From the NCBI GenBank assembly GCA_964016885.1, contig OZ024742.1, forward strand, positions 12,338,001-12,402,000: a stretch of DNA of 64,000 nt, given 5' to 3'. A program made the translations under genes and the position numbers. Below, one piece after another: positions 24,527 to 55,605 of the stretch. The notes beneath the pieces are model-generated. The model searched no databases, was not told the DNA's origin, and saw nothing but the letters and a program-made list of their open reading frames with translations. The stretch is from Eledone cirrhosa (lineage: Eukaryota). Positions within the stretch are counted from its first letter, which is position 1. Each line of letters opens with the position of its first letter.

Positions 24527-24671
<145 letters not shown>

Positions 24672-25038
24672 TGTGTGTGTGTGTGCTAATCTGAGTGTGT
24701 GTGAGTGAATGTATAAGTTACATGTTGTGTAGCCAGACATATATGTACGTGAATGTGTCTGGGTGAAAGGCAGCAACTTTCCCCTGTAAAAAATGTTAAA
24801 AACGAAATGTGCATTAAGAAAAGAATTAATGAAATGAAATCTAGAAATTATACAAACGAAGATTAAGAAGAAAATATCAAAGTTAGAGTTTGGATGAAGC
24901 TAAAAATATATGAAACGATTGAGAATTGGAAAATAGCAAAAGAAAATATTTTTTACAAATACCCATCTATCTATCTATATATCTACCCATCTACATACCT
25001 ATCTATCAATCTATCTATATGTTTATCTACCATCTATC

Positions 25039-25113
<75 letters not shown>

Positions 25114-25639
25114 TAAAATAACAGATAAAGTTTAAGCAAAGAATCGCTGCTTTCACCCTTAATGGGATCTTCTGAAACAAAGTCAATCTGTGAACGCAGA
25201 AGTGAATATTTCAAAAGAACGTTGCAACTATATATATATATTTATATAAGTGATGTCGACTTTAATTTTTTTCTCTCTCTTCCACTTGCTCACATATATG
25301 TGCTACTGCTTTCCCTCTTTGGTTTCTTGCTTCTCATTTTTTTTTCGCTTCTTTTTCGCTGTATCTTCCTTCTTCTTCCTTCTTCCCTTCTGTTACTATT
25401 TTTTTTTCTCTCTTTTTCCCTTTTTTTCCAAATAACTTCCTTGAGTTATTGACACCCTGGGGTGAGACATATTGTCTTTAATGCGTTGAAATGTCCAAGA
25501 CCACCAGCAGACAACTGATAAAGGAAACCTTTCTCCTGTTCTTGCTTTCCTCTTTTTATAAGTACACCTTATCCAGCAACCACGCAGCCCGTTTATTCCT
25601 AATTTTGTATGTATATATATATATATGTGTGTATATATG

Positions 25640-25728
<89 letters not shown>

Positions 25729-25731
25729 GTA

Positions 25732-25805
<74 letters not shown>

Positions 25806-25983
25806 CGTTAAAATTTGGTGGTTTACTTCTTGGTAGAATTGGTTATTCTGCAATGTTAACCATGAGAAAAGCACTCGACATTATGCTACTAATGTTGTGG
25901 TGCAGGAACGGAGTAAATGTATTATAAAATGAAATGACAGAAGGCCAAATATATTGAATTTCCTTAATTTTTTATTACTGTAA

Positions 25984-26041
25984 ACACTATACACATTTCA
26001 GTGACCAGGTTGCGTAAGAACCTGATGACCTCATCAGGTGT
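25984..26041 (-). ncRNA. Type I hammerhead motif
   Basis: Reverse complement ACAC-CTGATGA-GGTCATCAGGTT-CTTACGC-AACCTGGTCACT-GAAA-TGTGTA-TA-GTGT. Confidence 0.8.
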
Positions 26042-26293
26042 AAATTGCGTAATAGATGTATACCAACGGAATGATGGTAAGCTTTAAGAAAACAAGCAAA
26101 GAAAAGACAGAGGAAAAAGTGTGTGCTATGTTTTTACCTAGAGACGGACGTAGTAGCATGCTGCCACATTGCTTACCCACCTCTGAGTCTCTGGATCAAA
26201 AACATAGCACACACCTTTTCCTCTATGTTTTTTCTTTGCTTGTTTCCTTAAAGCTTACCATCCTTCCGTTGGTATACATCTATTACGCAATTT

Positions 26294-26351
26294 ACACCTG
26301 ATGAGATCATCGGGTTCTTACGCAACCTGGTCACTGAAATGTGTATAGTGT
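26294..26351 (+). ncRNA. Type I hammerhead motif
   Basis: ACAC-CTGATGA-GATCATCGGGTT-CTTACGC-AACCTGGTCACT-GAAA-TGTGTA-TA-GTGT. Confidence 0.78.
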
Positions 26352-26469
26352 TTACAGTAATAAAGAATAAAGGAAATTCAACATATTTGGCCTCCAGTCA
26401 TTTCACATTGTAATATATATATCTTCCCATCTACTTATCTATTTGGCTATCTATCTATCTATAAATCGA

Positions 26470-29400
26470 TAGATATCGACTAGATTTTCCGACTGCGCCA
26501 ACCTGGACTTGGGCAAACCGCAGAGGATCATCAAGGTCGTACCTAGATAGGTGCTTAGTTAGAAATAAGGATAAGGACTTTTTAAGTTGTCCAAACTGCG
26601 CATGGTTGGCTATTCAGACCACAAGTTAGTGACCTGCATGGTCAACCTTGACAGAACGCATAGACAGGGACCCGGTTACTGGAAGCTCAACTTGTCCTTA
26701 CCGGCAAGTAAGGTTTACAGGGACCGGATTAGCACTTTAGTTAAGGAACGGTTGACGGGCGCAATCGTCAACAGCAGGTGATGGGGATCTCTCAAAAGAG
26801 AGATTAGAGTAGTCTCTATAGAATTTAGTAAGGAGTTAGCCTCCAATAGAAATAGGGAGGAAAGGGAGATGGTAGATAGTGTAGAAGAGGCAATTAGAAG
26901 CGGCGACGTAGCCAGAGTGCTAGCGTCGAGAACGGCCCCGGGCCATTTCTTCGACGCGAAACACGAAGGCTGCATCGTCCGAAGAAAAATACGTGCTCTG
27001 GGAAACGAGGGGACCAAAGCTGTTAGCTGGGCCCGCGTGACAGAAGCCAAAAGGGGGAGCAGATCCACTATCCGGTCTTTGCTGCGAGACCAGGATGGAC
27101 GGGTGATCCTTGAACCTAAGCAGATGTGCGAGGCTTTTCAAAAGCACTTTGCCAGATTGTTCGGAAGGGGCGGGGAGACGGTTGGGGAAATGGACTTCGG
27201 TCCATACCTCGACGGCTTGTCGCGTCTCTCGGACAGGGAGGCGAAGTCCTGCGAGGAGCCGATTTCAGCCGCCGAGATAGAGGACGTGCCCAACTAATGC
27301 GGCAAACGCAAATCCTCGGGTCTCGATGGTCTTCCATACGAACTATATCTAGCTATGCCGGACTTGTTCCCCGATCTCCTCGAGGCGGTCTACTGCAACT
27401 GGCAACAGAACGGGAGAATTCCCTGTGCTGTGACCAAGGGCGTAGTCACGCTAGTGAGGAAGGGCGAGAACAAGGGGGACGATATAAATAATTTCAGGCC
27501 CATAACTCTGCTAAATACAGAGTTACAGATTTTGGCCAAGGTGCTAGCAAAGAGGTTGGCGCTTGTCGTGGGCAACCTGGTGGGAGATGCGCAGACATGT
27601 GCTATCCCGTCCAGGTCCATCCACGACAAGCTCCACCTCATGCGATACATCATAGAGAGGGTTGGGAACGAACCCGGCTTTGGTGGGGCCCTGATCAACT
27701 TGGATCAATCTAAGGCGTTCGATAGGGTCGACCATGGTTACTTGGATGCGATGCAAGCGGCGGCAGGCTTCGGACCCGTTTTCAGGGGCTGGATTAATGC
27801 CATGCACAGCAGCCGCATCTGCTCTAGGGTCAAGGTGAACGGCTACCTCTCGGAGCCGTTCGAAATCGCGCGGTCCATCCGACAAGGGTGCCCTCTCTCC
27901 TCCCTTCTGTATGTAATGACTCTAGAGCCACTGCTGCGGAAGTTGGAGTTGTTGCAGGGCATCCCGTTGGAACCAGGATTGCGCAAAGCGGTGTAGGCCT
28001 ACACCGATGACGTAACAGTAATGATGTCGACGGCCTCGGAAATCGGGGCGATCGGCACCTTACTGGAGGAGTACGAAAGTTTTACAGGGGCTAAGCTGAA
28101 CCGGGACAAGTCGATCGGTCTGCAACTCGGCACGTGGAGGGGCAGATCGATGGCGTTGTCGGGCGCTGGACGGAGGGCCCGGTGAAGTTGCTCGGTGTCT
28201 GGTTCGGACCAGACCAGGTGGAAGAACTGGTGAGAGGTAACGAACAGGGTCTTTGCACTGACCCAGAAGTGGACCGAGTGCAAACTGTCCCTGAAAGGTC
28301 GGGCGGAGGTGGCGAACACTTATATAGCGTCCGTCATCTACTACCGCCTGACCGTTGTGCCTTGTACAAGGGAGACGTCCGCCAAAATGAAGCGCGCACT
28401 CTTCCAATTCCTTTGGAAAAAGTGGGCTGCTATGGTGAGGAGATTCATCTGCTGTCAACATCCTTCGAAAGGAGGGCTGGGGATGCCGTGGCTAATGATG
28501 CGTAAACACGCACTAAGGCTACGGCACCTCCAGGTATTCCTCACCGGTCAACCTGTGTGGGCCCCGTTTGTGAGGGGAGCTTTTCTCAGACTCGTCTCGC
28601 TCACCGAGCTGCAATCCTGGGTCAAGCAAAGACCGAGAAAACTGGGCGCCTGGCACGCCGAGTGTGCCCAGGCGCTCACGGCTCTCTGGTAGGCAGACCC
28701 GGCTGTCAGTGGAGAATCCACCTCGTCATTCTATAGAGGGGTGGTGGTTAGCAGGTGCGACGACGCCCTCGGAGAAGCCCTAGGCATGGAGGAAAACGAA
28801 CTGGCCAACCTGTTCGGTAGGACATTTAGCCCGGTACCCATGGATAACTTCCAGAGGTCCCTGGCCTGGCAGTGCTACCGAGGGGCTCTGCCCGTTCGAC
28901 AAAGGCTCTACAGACACGGGCGCCCGGGTAGGGACCCCTCGAAAAAGATCTGTCCCAAATGCGTGTGCGACGAGGAAACCGTTGCACACGCATTGGTACA
29001 CTGCTCGGGAATTGCCGATCTGTGGGGCTATGTCGAACAACTGCTGTCAAGGGTGGGACCTATCCGGTTGACCACGGAGTCTATTGTGACGATCAAGCCG
29101 CCTCCCCTCTTCAAAAACGAATGAGAGGCGGTGTTTCTGTGCGTAATAGCCATGGCGAAAGAGGTTGTATGGTGGACGCGTCTGAAAGGACTGAGGTCAG
29201 ACACCTTTCTCTCTGGCCAACAACTGGTCCGTTCCTTCTGATATCATTTCGGAAAAAGGATCAGGCTGGAGAGAGAGGTGCTGCACCCCAGCCGTTTTTA
29301 TGAAAGATGGGTGAAAGTGGCGAGAATGGCCCGTGTGAATGGGCCTTCACTCTACATCAGACTATAGGTGAGGAAGATGAAAGATCAAGGGAGTACCCCC

Positions 29401-29646
29401 CCCCCCCCTCTGTGCTCCTGGGGAGTAGGGTTGCACACTTTTTATCGGGGGGGGGGGCGACCCCCCCCCCAAGGTGCCTCCTCCTTAATGAGGATTTTGT
29501 TATTAAATTTATTTTTGTTATATTTTATATTATTTTTATATCTTGTTATTGCCTCCTCCTTATTGAGGACGCCTTTTCATGTAAACTCCCCCATTGTACT
29601 TGTCCCACTTTTTGATGCCCTGGTGGCAAATAAAAAGAAAGTTATT
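26470..29646 (+). pseudogene. 5'-truncated Tx1/L1-clade LINE ORF2 (APE end, RT, C-terminal Cys/His region) with 3' UTR
   Basis: YSDH..GPGYWKLN, NFRPITLLN, INLDQSKAFDRVDH, SIRQGCPLS, AYTDD, KGGLG and CPKC..ET..HALVHC motifs; several stops and frameshifts. Putative TSD TATCTATAAATC at 26456-26467 and 29647-29658. Confidence 0.92.
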
Positions 29647-29811
29647 TATCTATAAATCTAACTCCTTCTCTCACTCTTTCATATAGTGTGTGTGTGTGTG
29701 TGTGACTGTATGTGTGTGTGTGAATAAATATATATAAATTCATATTTGTACATATACAGTACAGAGTGACTAGTCGTGACTATTTTTCTAAAAAAATGTT
29801 TATAATATAAT

Positions 29812-29999
29812 TGTTTCTACTTTTGGCACAAGGCCAGCAATTAACCCAGTGTATTACTGGTACTTTATTTTATCGACCCCGAAAGGATGAAAGGCAAAGT
29901 TAACCTCGGCGGGATTTGAACTCAGAATGACAAGGACCGTAACTCTATGCGTCAAAGCATGGCGTCCGACCCTCTACTGGTACTGCCAATCCTCTGCCC
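29812..29999 (-). mobile_element. tRNA-derived SINE with 16-bp TSD
   Basis: Same family as 17182-17373. TSD ATGTTTATAATATAAT at 29796-29811 and 30000-30015. Confidence 0.9.
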
Positions 30000-30211
30000 A
30001 TGTTTATAATATAATATACGTTGGACTACATTTTGCTATATATCGATTAAGAAGTATTTCACATTAGTGATATTCGATTGTTTTTTCCAGCAGGTCAAAT
30101 AATCATTTACAGTCTTCCTCCTTTTGTATGGCTCAGGTTGTTTGTTTGAAAAGACTCTCTCACATTCATATTTTTATATTCTAGCACCAAATAGGTGTTT
30201 TTACCTAAATA

Positions 30212-32233
30212 CTTCTTCATTTCTCTAGTCTTGAGGCCCAATCTAACATCATTTCGTCCACTATGTCTAAAAGCATCTATATCTGATAAGCGTTTATCAA
30301 AGAGAAGACCATTAAAAGACTTCTGTCCAGATATATATGAGAGTTGGAAGAATAATTAAATGGTTTTAATTGCCAGGGATATATCACAGTGGATAAAATG
30401 CCTTATTATTAGCTGCAGTGGCATTTAGTTTGGTTTTCTATCTGTATTTTGTTTAAATCCCATTGGAGCGGTATCTCTCTTACATGATTGAGGTGTTGAT
30501 TAAAGAAATTTTGATTATATTCTCGTGGTAATCTCGTTATATTCTCCAAACATTCCTTCTACAAATTATATGGTTCTGTAACAATAGAAATGGATTTATA
30601 TTATGTTAAGGAATATCTATTTTAAGAGAAACTTTCCGTCGGTGTAAAATCGAAACTTTACAATATATGGCAGCAGCAAAGACATATCAAAGAAATTGAT
30701 GATTATAAAACCGATCCAATAAATCCAATATGATGTCCAGTAATCCTTTCAAAGAGGGAATGGCTTTTAGAATGTAAGATAATCCTCTCGAGAGAACCAA
30801 ACTTAAATAGAGGTTGTATCGGAGGAAATGTGTCTCAATTTAAGCCAATTCTTTTGTCTAAAATTCATTGAATACAGAACTTTTGTGTCTTTGTATAGAT
30901 AAGAGGACGGCAGTAAATCTAAGACGTTGCGGTAAAAATATTGCAAAAATATACAATAGTATCAAGATAAGAGAAATCGAAGTCTTAACAAGAAGCAGCC
31001 GTCTGAATGTTTCTCGGAATTATGTCGCCTTATCTCGTTTTTTGTTCTACATTCTATAACAGAGAATTGTGATGAAATCAAAGCATCTTAATAAAAAATT
31101 ACATCAATATATCCTATTGAGAATTGTAAAAAGTTTCTTTCTCTTTACTAGTTGAATTATAAATATGGATTACATTTGGTTTCTCTCTTAAGCTACTTCC
31201 GTTGTAATCTTCTTGCCATAATATCAGACATTTGCGAATTTGACACGTATATAAGAATGTAGAATATTATTCCCTTGTTCTTCACGCAATAATTTATTTA
31301 GTTTGAAGCCAGAATATTCATGTGTCAATTTTTATTAGTGGTAAATGAGTTGTACAGAGGGTGGCATTAAGTACTTCTTAACTTACATATATATGATATA
31401 ATATATAGTTAGATATAAGGTTGCAGATGAAATATTATGTAAGATTACTAAACTTGTAACTACATGTTTCAACATACAGATACTATTTCATATCTTCAGA
31501 TAACTATCGCTATTAGTTTTGATTTTATTCTCCACAATTACTTATTTTGGTCTTCTATCTGATCTCATGAGTGAAACATTTGATATAATGTCGTTAACAT
31601 GTTCTCCTGTGTAGAAGTATTTCAGTAAACGTTGAGTTTAACTGCAAACTTAACAATTTACTATGGGTGAAAGAAGACCAGTGTGACGACAGAGCCCTGC
31701 AAAACATTAGAATTGTATCTCCATGACTATACTTATTTTGTAGTGGTTAAAAAGTTTAAATCGCAATCATCAAGTTCGAGAATATTGGGCAAATATCTTC
31801 TACCAATGTAGAGGAAAGGAGGGGTCAGCAAATTCCTGGTTTCTTCCTCATTTCTCTAGTCGTGAGGCCATTCTAATATCATTTCCTCCTCTAAGTCTAA
31901 AAGCAATTATATCTGATAAGCGTTTATCAAAGAGAAGAACGTGAAATAGATGTGTTTACCCAGACTTCTGTCCAGATATATATGAGAGCTGGAAGAATAA
32001 TTAAATGGTTTTAATTGCCAGGGCTATATCACAGTGGATAAGATATCTCATTATTAGCTACAGTGACATTTATTTTGGTTTTCTGTCTGTATTTTGTTTA
32101 AATCCCATTGGAGCGGTATCTCTCTTACATGACTGAGGTGTTGATTAAAGAACTTTTGATTATATTCTCGTGCTAATCTCATTATATTCTCGAAACATTC
32201 CCTCTCTGTACACGTTATATAGTTCTGTAACAA
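30212..32233. repeat. Diverged direct duplication of ~380 bp (30212-30584 and 31843-32233)
   Basis: Shared blocks such as ATATCTGATAAGCGTTTATCAAAGAGAAGA and AAATCCCATTGGAGCGGTATCTCTCTTACATGA. Confidence 0.85.
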
Positions 32234-34261
32234 CAGCAATGTATTAAAATTATTGCAATATATCGTTGATATAATAAAGCTAATTTCAGTTATATCAAAT
32301 AAGATGCCAAGACAAAACAAAAAACAAACAACATGGCCATGCTTAGATTCTATATGACTATGTAGTTCTCGAAAGAAGCAGATCTGAATCTAAACAAGTA
32401 TTAAGAGGTCACGGTTTAGAGAATTTCTATACTTGGGAAGACCCGCGATTCATCAAGGTGCTGCAGTATTTCCTTTCACTGAGCCATAAGATTAATATTT
32501 CCATTTGTGAAAAACTGGGCCTAATTCTTTGGGGCTACAATATATGATGTTATTCATATAAATCTTGGCATTGTTCCATAAAGAATTTGGCCGAGACGTA
32601 AAGCGTAATTCCATTACATTTGCCAAATATTTTTGTTCTTTTGTTTTTTGTATACTTTTTAAACCGAGTCGTATTAGTTTCAGCTCTTTGCATCATAATT
32701 TCAAATCCATCTAAAGTCAGTTATGACTTTATTTTTCCAGAGTCGATAAATAAGGTATCAATCCAATACTTTGGTTGATTCTCCTCTCTCTTACACAGTC
32801 CTTTTCTTTGTATCTATTTCTTGAGGAGATCGGCTGCTGCCAAACTTTAAGATGAATGAGCTCAGTCAGTTTGAGATAAGTCATTCCATATGTCACAGCT
32901 CTACCCCTCAAACTCCAGCTGGAATTGAGGTCCTGAGAAAGGGCAAAGAATTATTTTACACCCGAGAGTTAGTAAGTGTCAAACTAGTGTAAAGTTGGGT
33001 TAAAACTGTCATTTAATTTCGCCTCGCTACAATCAGAGTAAAATTTCACTGCTGTTTATATCAATCAGGCTACTGTTCTCATTGTAAGTATGAACGCGTA
33101 ACTATAGCAGACTACTATTACAAAAATAGCAGAGTTCAATCTATTTAAAGACACGTCTGTGATGTTCATTTATTATAGGCTAAATTGAATCCACCCTCAG
33201 ATGAACTTTATGCTTTACAATAAGGTCAACAAAGCAATTGTGAATATTTTTTCTCCCATTTCTTTTCACATGTCATAGAAGGAACTTTTTCATCTGATCT
33301 TCTTAATATACTTAAAGGAATGATTTCTTTTGATCAACGCTGAAAGAGTGATTCATCTTTAAAGATCAGAACAAATTTGTAATATGTATCGCCAAATACT
33401 GACTGCTATTTATTGCGAACTAAAACCATAAAAATACACCCACTAGCGATTTCTATAAATGAACTAAGTCTATCTCGAAAATCCAGTATCGGGTTAATAA
33501 AAAAGATGGATAAGAAGAAGCGAGGCATTTGGTGGCGACTGTATTTCTTTTATATTCTCATTTCTACTACTTCTGTATGTATTAGCATTCATATATGTAT
33601 GTATTTGTGAACATTGCATATGCGAATATATGTGTGTATGTGTACGTGTATATGTGTACGTGTATATGTGCTTCTGTTCGTAAGTGGTGTTATTAGAGCG
33701 CGCGTATGTGTATGTGTATGTGAATGTCTATGTGAATGTGTATGTGTATGTGTATGTGTATGAGTGTGTGTTTCAGCGCGAACACAGTGGTAAGTGGTAT
33801 GAGAGCGTCTGTCTGCGTGTATGTGTATTTGTATAAGTGTGTGTGTGTGCGTGTGTGTTACGGGGTGTCTGTATGTACATCTCATTCTACGTATATGTGA
33901 TACAATAGCAGTGTGTATGCATGTGTGTGTATTGTGTGTGTGTGTGTGTGTTTCTGTACGTGTTCAGTGCTATAAAAGTATATAAATGTGTATGTATATG
34001 TATGTATGTGAGTGTGTGTGTGTGTGAGTGTGTGTGTGTGTGAGTGTGTGTGTGTGTTTTTCTGTATGTTTTCAGTACTATAAAGTATATAAATGTGTGC
34101 TTATGTGTGTATGTGTATGTTTATGTGTGTATGTGTATGTTTATGTGTGCGTGTGTGTGCATTGTGTGTGTGTGTGTGTGTCTGTGTGTGTCTTTCTGTA
34201 TGTTTTCAGTGCTATGAAGAATATAAATGTGTGTTTATGCGTGTATGTGTATGTGTATGTT

Positions 34262-34295
<34 letters not shown>

Positions 34296-34916
34296 GGTAA
34301 ACAGATGTTACTTCTCAGTAACAAAGTTGATTGTGTACTCTGTACCAGAAACGGGATTTCTTTGAAGAGGAACTTCAAGATATGTTTGATAACGTTAAGA
34401 AGAACGGTAGAGCAGTGTAAAATATGTGCTCCTCTTCACTGCCAGATTTATTATTACTCAGAAACATTATTACATATTTAAACGGGTATTTCATCTTTAC
34501 TATGATATCGGCATAGATTAGCTGGAGTTTCAATGTTATCAAACCATACTGGGATCGATAGGGACACAAAACACAGTGTGTGTCAATGAGAATATTTCTA
34601 CTTTATCACAAGATCTGCCTGAATAAGGAGTGAGATTTCACACAAAACATATCCCGCAAATTTCAAAGAAGAAAAAAAGGAGGAGAGAATACATTGGGTA
34701 ACTTAGTCTTAGATCTGAATAATATAATATAATATATTATGTGATGGTCACGCCTTGAAATGCTTTAATCGTAGGTTTATGCAATCTAGTCTGACATACA
34801 ACATCAACATGTACCAATCAACAAACATCTCCTCTACGTAGCTACGTGATCAGATTTCGTTCTAATCAAACACCATCAACTTAAATAGGAAAGACACATT
34901 ACCACCACGTAGTATT

Positions 34917-34964
<48 letters not shown>

Positions 34965-34974
<10 letters not shown>

Positions 34975-35493
34975 ACGTACATACATATATGTATACAGCC
35001 ATACAGTAGTATGTATGTATATATACATACATGCACACATATATATATTTACCTATGGATTTACCAAACATTTATTATAATGCTCGGTGTGTTTCTAAAC
35101 AAACATCCCGAATTAAACCGTACAGTGTCTAGCAACCACCGTTGCTCATTTGTTCAACACTGACAAAGGAACGCTGTACTAGTTTCAAGCTTATTAGCGA
35201 TCGTCAGCAACGTATACCATCCTGTCAGATGATTGAACGTCTGAAAGTATATACTTTCCTTATGCATATTAACGTCTGAGCAGCCTAATTTGCATATCGA
35301 GTGAGTTAATCGGTCGGGGTACCGAAAACGATAAACGGAAAAAATGAAACGAAATTTCATTTCTCACATATATATATACATACTACTGTACGTCTGTATA
35401 CATATATGTATGTATACATATATGTATGTATACATACTTATATTTAAGTAACAGCCGTACTAGGAGTGAGAAATGAAATTGCGTTTCATTTTT

Positions 35494-35500
<7 letters not shown>
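34965..35500 (-). mobile_element. Diverged monomer of the hammerhead satellite plus short inverted piece; hammerhead at 35171-35213
   Basis: Colinear similarity to the array unit. Reverse complement ACGTTG-CTGACGA-TCGCTAATAAGCTT-GAAA-CTAG-TA-CAGCGT. Confidence 0.85.
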
Positions 35501-35570
<70 letters not shown>

Positions 35571-35665
35571 ACCGGCAATCGCTCTGTATAATCAGCTCCT
35601 AATTATTACAGGAATTCTATAAGAATCCAGCTTCTACAATTTTCTGCGAAAGCAGGGGAGTACGT

Positions 35666-35706
35666 GCTGCTGATGAACGCCAACCACCGTAAAATAGACT
35701 GTCAGC
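35666..35706 (+). ncRNA. Decayed hammerhead motif in a ~240-bp island between TA tracts
   Basis: GCTG-CTGATGA-ACG-CCAACCAC-CGT-AAAA-TAGACTGTC-AGC. GAAA is mutated to AAAA and the stem I register is imperfect. Confidence 0.45.
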
Positions 35707-36175
35707 TCCTCTCTCTTCTTTCACCGAAAAGAAGTGACATAGTCACTACTTCAAAACTGATAGCGTATGGTCTTCTAAATGTTTTTAATTAAACATACGG
35801 TATATTGACATATATACTATACATAGATACATATATATATATACACACACACACGCACACACACACACACACACATATGTATATATATATCAGACCTGCC
35901 AACCTCTAAAAGAAGTGAGGCAATGGGGAAATTTTACATAGTGATAGCTATTCCCATTTTCACAAGAGAAGACATCTTTTACCCACTCCAAATATGTATG
36001 TATATATATATATATATATAACTGCTCTGTAGAACAACTGATGTTTTTACATTGAGCTATTTATCTTACTGGTAATAAGGTAGTAATAAATTACTGTCTT
36101 TCACTATTTAGGGTTTAAAATATATATAACTATAAAAGGTTTTATTATATACATAATCATAAATAGTATCCTTAA

Positions 36176-36263
<88 letters not shown>

Positions 36264-36452
36264 CAATTTAAAAAAATATGATCAACACTAATGTGTTTTT
36301 TTTGCAAAATGACAATAATTTTTTAGCCAGATAGAAATACCTTAATTCAAGTACATATAGTCCGTCTGTATCGATCTAGAAAATATTAAATATTAAATCT
36401 ATACTTACAGACGTAAAATGGCAACTGCCTGGTGTCTAGACAAGTTTACATG

Positions 36453-36525
<73 letters not shown>

Positions 36526-36526
36526 G

Positions 36527-36606
<80 letters not shown>

Positions 36607-36614
36607 TATATATG

Positions 36615-53560
<16,946 letters not shown>

Positions 53561-53570
<10 letters not shown>

Positions 53571-53869
53571 TGTATGTACGTATACATACATACTTACATT
53601 TAAGTAAGTGCCGTTAATTTTCATAAGGAACGTATATACTTTCGAACGTTCAACTATCTGGCAGATGGGTAAACGGTGCTGATGATAGCTAACAAGTTTG
53701 AAACTAGTACATCGTTCCTGTGTCAGTGTTGAACAAAAAGGTGACGTGGTTGCCTTAACACCGTATGGCATAAATTCAGGCTGTTCAGTTTGTTGACAAA
53801 CTAACAAAGCAGCGCTATAATAAGCGTCTGCTAAACTGATGCGTGCATATATGTATGTGTACCTGCATG

Positions 53870-53930
<61 letters not shown>

Positions 53931-54518
53931 GCTACTGTACGTCTGTATACATATATGTATGTACGTATACATACATACTTACATTTAAGTAAGTGCCATA
54001 CTAAGAGTGAGAAATGAAATTTCGTTTTTCGTTTTCATTTTTTTCAACTTATCGTTTTCGGTATGCCTGGCCGATTTAACTCACTCAATATGCAAATTAG
54101 GCTGCTCAGCCGTTAATTTTCATAAGGAAAGTATATACTTTCGAACGTTCAACTATCTGGCAGATGGGTAAACGGTGCTGATGATAGCTAACAAGCTTGA
54201 AACTAGTACATCGTTCCTGTGTCAGTGTTGAACAAAAAGGTGACGTGGTTGCCTTAACACCGTATGGCATAAATTCAGGCTGTTCAGTTTGTTGACAAAC
54301 TAACAAAGCAGCGCTATAATAAGCGTCTGCTAAACTGATGCGTGCATATATGTATGTGTACCTGCATGTATGTATATATATATATATATATATATATACA
54401 TGCTACTGTACGTCTGTATACATATATGTATGTACGTATACATACATACTTACATTTAAGTAAGTGCCATACTAAGAGTGAGAAATGAAATTTCGTTTTT
54501 CGTTTTCATTTTTTTCAA

Positions 54519-54520
<2 letters not shown>
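53561..54520 (+). repeat. Inverted arm of the array (~2 units), with hammerheads at 53672-53716 and 54171-54215
   Basis: Reverse complement of the array unit; the first unit has an internal deletion at ~53612; ends at (TA)n. Confidence 0.95.
54171..54215 (+). ncRNA. Type I hammerhead motif (array consensus, plus strand)
   Basis: AACGGTG CTGATGA TAGCTAACAAGCTT GAAA CTAGTA CATCGTT. Predicted cleavage after GUA at 54208. Confidence 0.88.
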
Positions 54521-54582
<62 letters not shown>

Positions 54583-54605
54583 TGTATATATATATATATA
54601 TATAA

Positions 54606-54679
<74 letters not shown>

Positions 54680-54710
54680 GTATAAGCTTATTATATATAA
54701 ATATATATAA

Positions 54711-54950
54711 TAAGCTTGAAACTAGTACATCGTTCTTGTGTCAGTGTTGAACAAAATGGCGACGATGGTTGCCGAGCAATGTACGGCGTAATTCGGGCTG
54801 TTTGTTTACAAACAAACCAAACATTATAATAAATGTTCGGTAAACCCATACGTACATTTATATATATGTGCATGTATGTATATATATACATACTACTGTA
54901 CGTATGTACACATATATGTATGTGCGTATACATACTTATATATATGTATA
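54711..54950 (+). mobile_element. Partial diverged monomer of the hammerhead satellite
   Basis: AAGCTTGAAACTAGTACATCGTT...GTCAGTGTTGAAC; lacks the CUGANGA half. Confidence 0.75.
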
Positions 54951-55605
54951 TATATATATATAATAAAGAGTGCGGGTCCCGACTCTTTAGAATATAACTA
55001 TACTCTACTATCTCAAGTATTGAGTACTCTGTTGAAGAATGGTTTAACCAGTTTCTAACTGAACCCATCGTTATTTATATGTATATATATACACGGTTGA
55101 TCACGATGGGCTAAACAGGGCCGACTTTGGGCTAAACAGGTCCGACTTTGGGCTAAACAACAACAAAACTTATGCATTTCTTGCAAAAGATTATGTTGAA
55201 GTATTTGCTCATGCCCGTAAGAAAAATACTAGGTCACTCCTCTCATTTATGTTCATGGATGATACTAAATAATTAATTTCCCCACGAATGTATAACAAAT
55301 AATCAAATAAATGAATGGGAATAAAGGAACTTAAGAACAGTGAGACGTTATCTAGGATAAATAAAATACTGACAAATGCTATTAAAAGTGAAAGTATTAA
55401 ACGTGAATATTAAATACCAAAGAGAAGCTGTGTGTCAATATACTGATAGGGTGATGGTTGTTAGAGAACTAGACAAACGGGAAACATTTTCGAATGAATT
55501 CATAATATGAATTACAGACATGTATAATTCACAAAAATATATTATAAACTTAACTTACTAACGACTGATAAAATGACATGTCAGTCAATCATATTGGTGG
55601 CCTCC

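Larger units (their letters stand above)
25921..26414. repeat. Inverted pLTR pair (~220-bp arms), each arm with a hammerhead
   Basis: Arms ~25921-26140 and ~26189-26414 are diverged reverse complements. Confidence 0.88.

Noticed and set aside
25440-25480. Possible hammerhead (TTATTGA-CACCCTGGGGT-GAGAC-ATATTGTC)
   Set aside because: Both core boxes are mutated; too degenerate to call.
35891-35995. hAT-like terminal sequence CAGACCTGCCAAC (also GCAACCCTA near 8090)
   Set aside because: No matching partner TIR or TSD found.
55108-55160. 21-bp tandem repeat GGGCTAAACAGGGCCGACTTT x2.5
   Set aside because: Ordinary short local duplication with no further structure.
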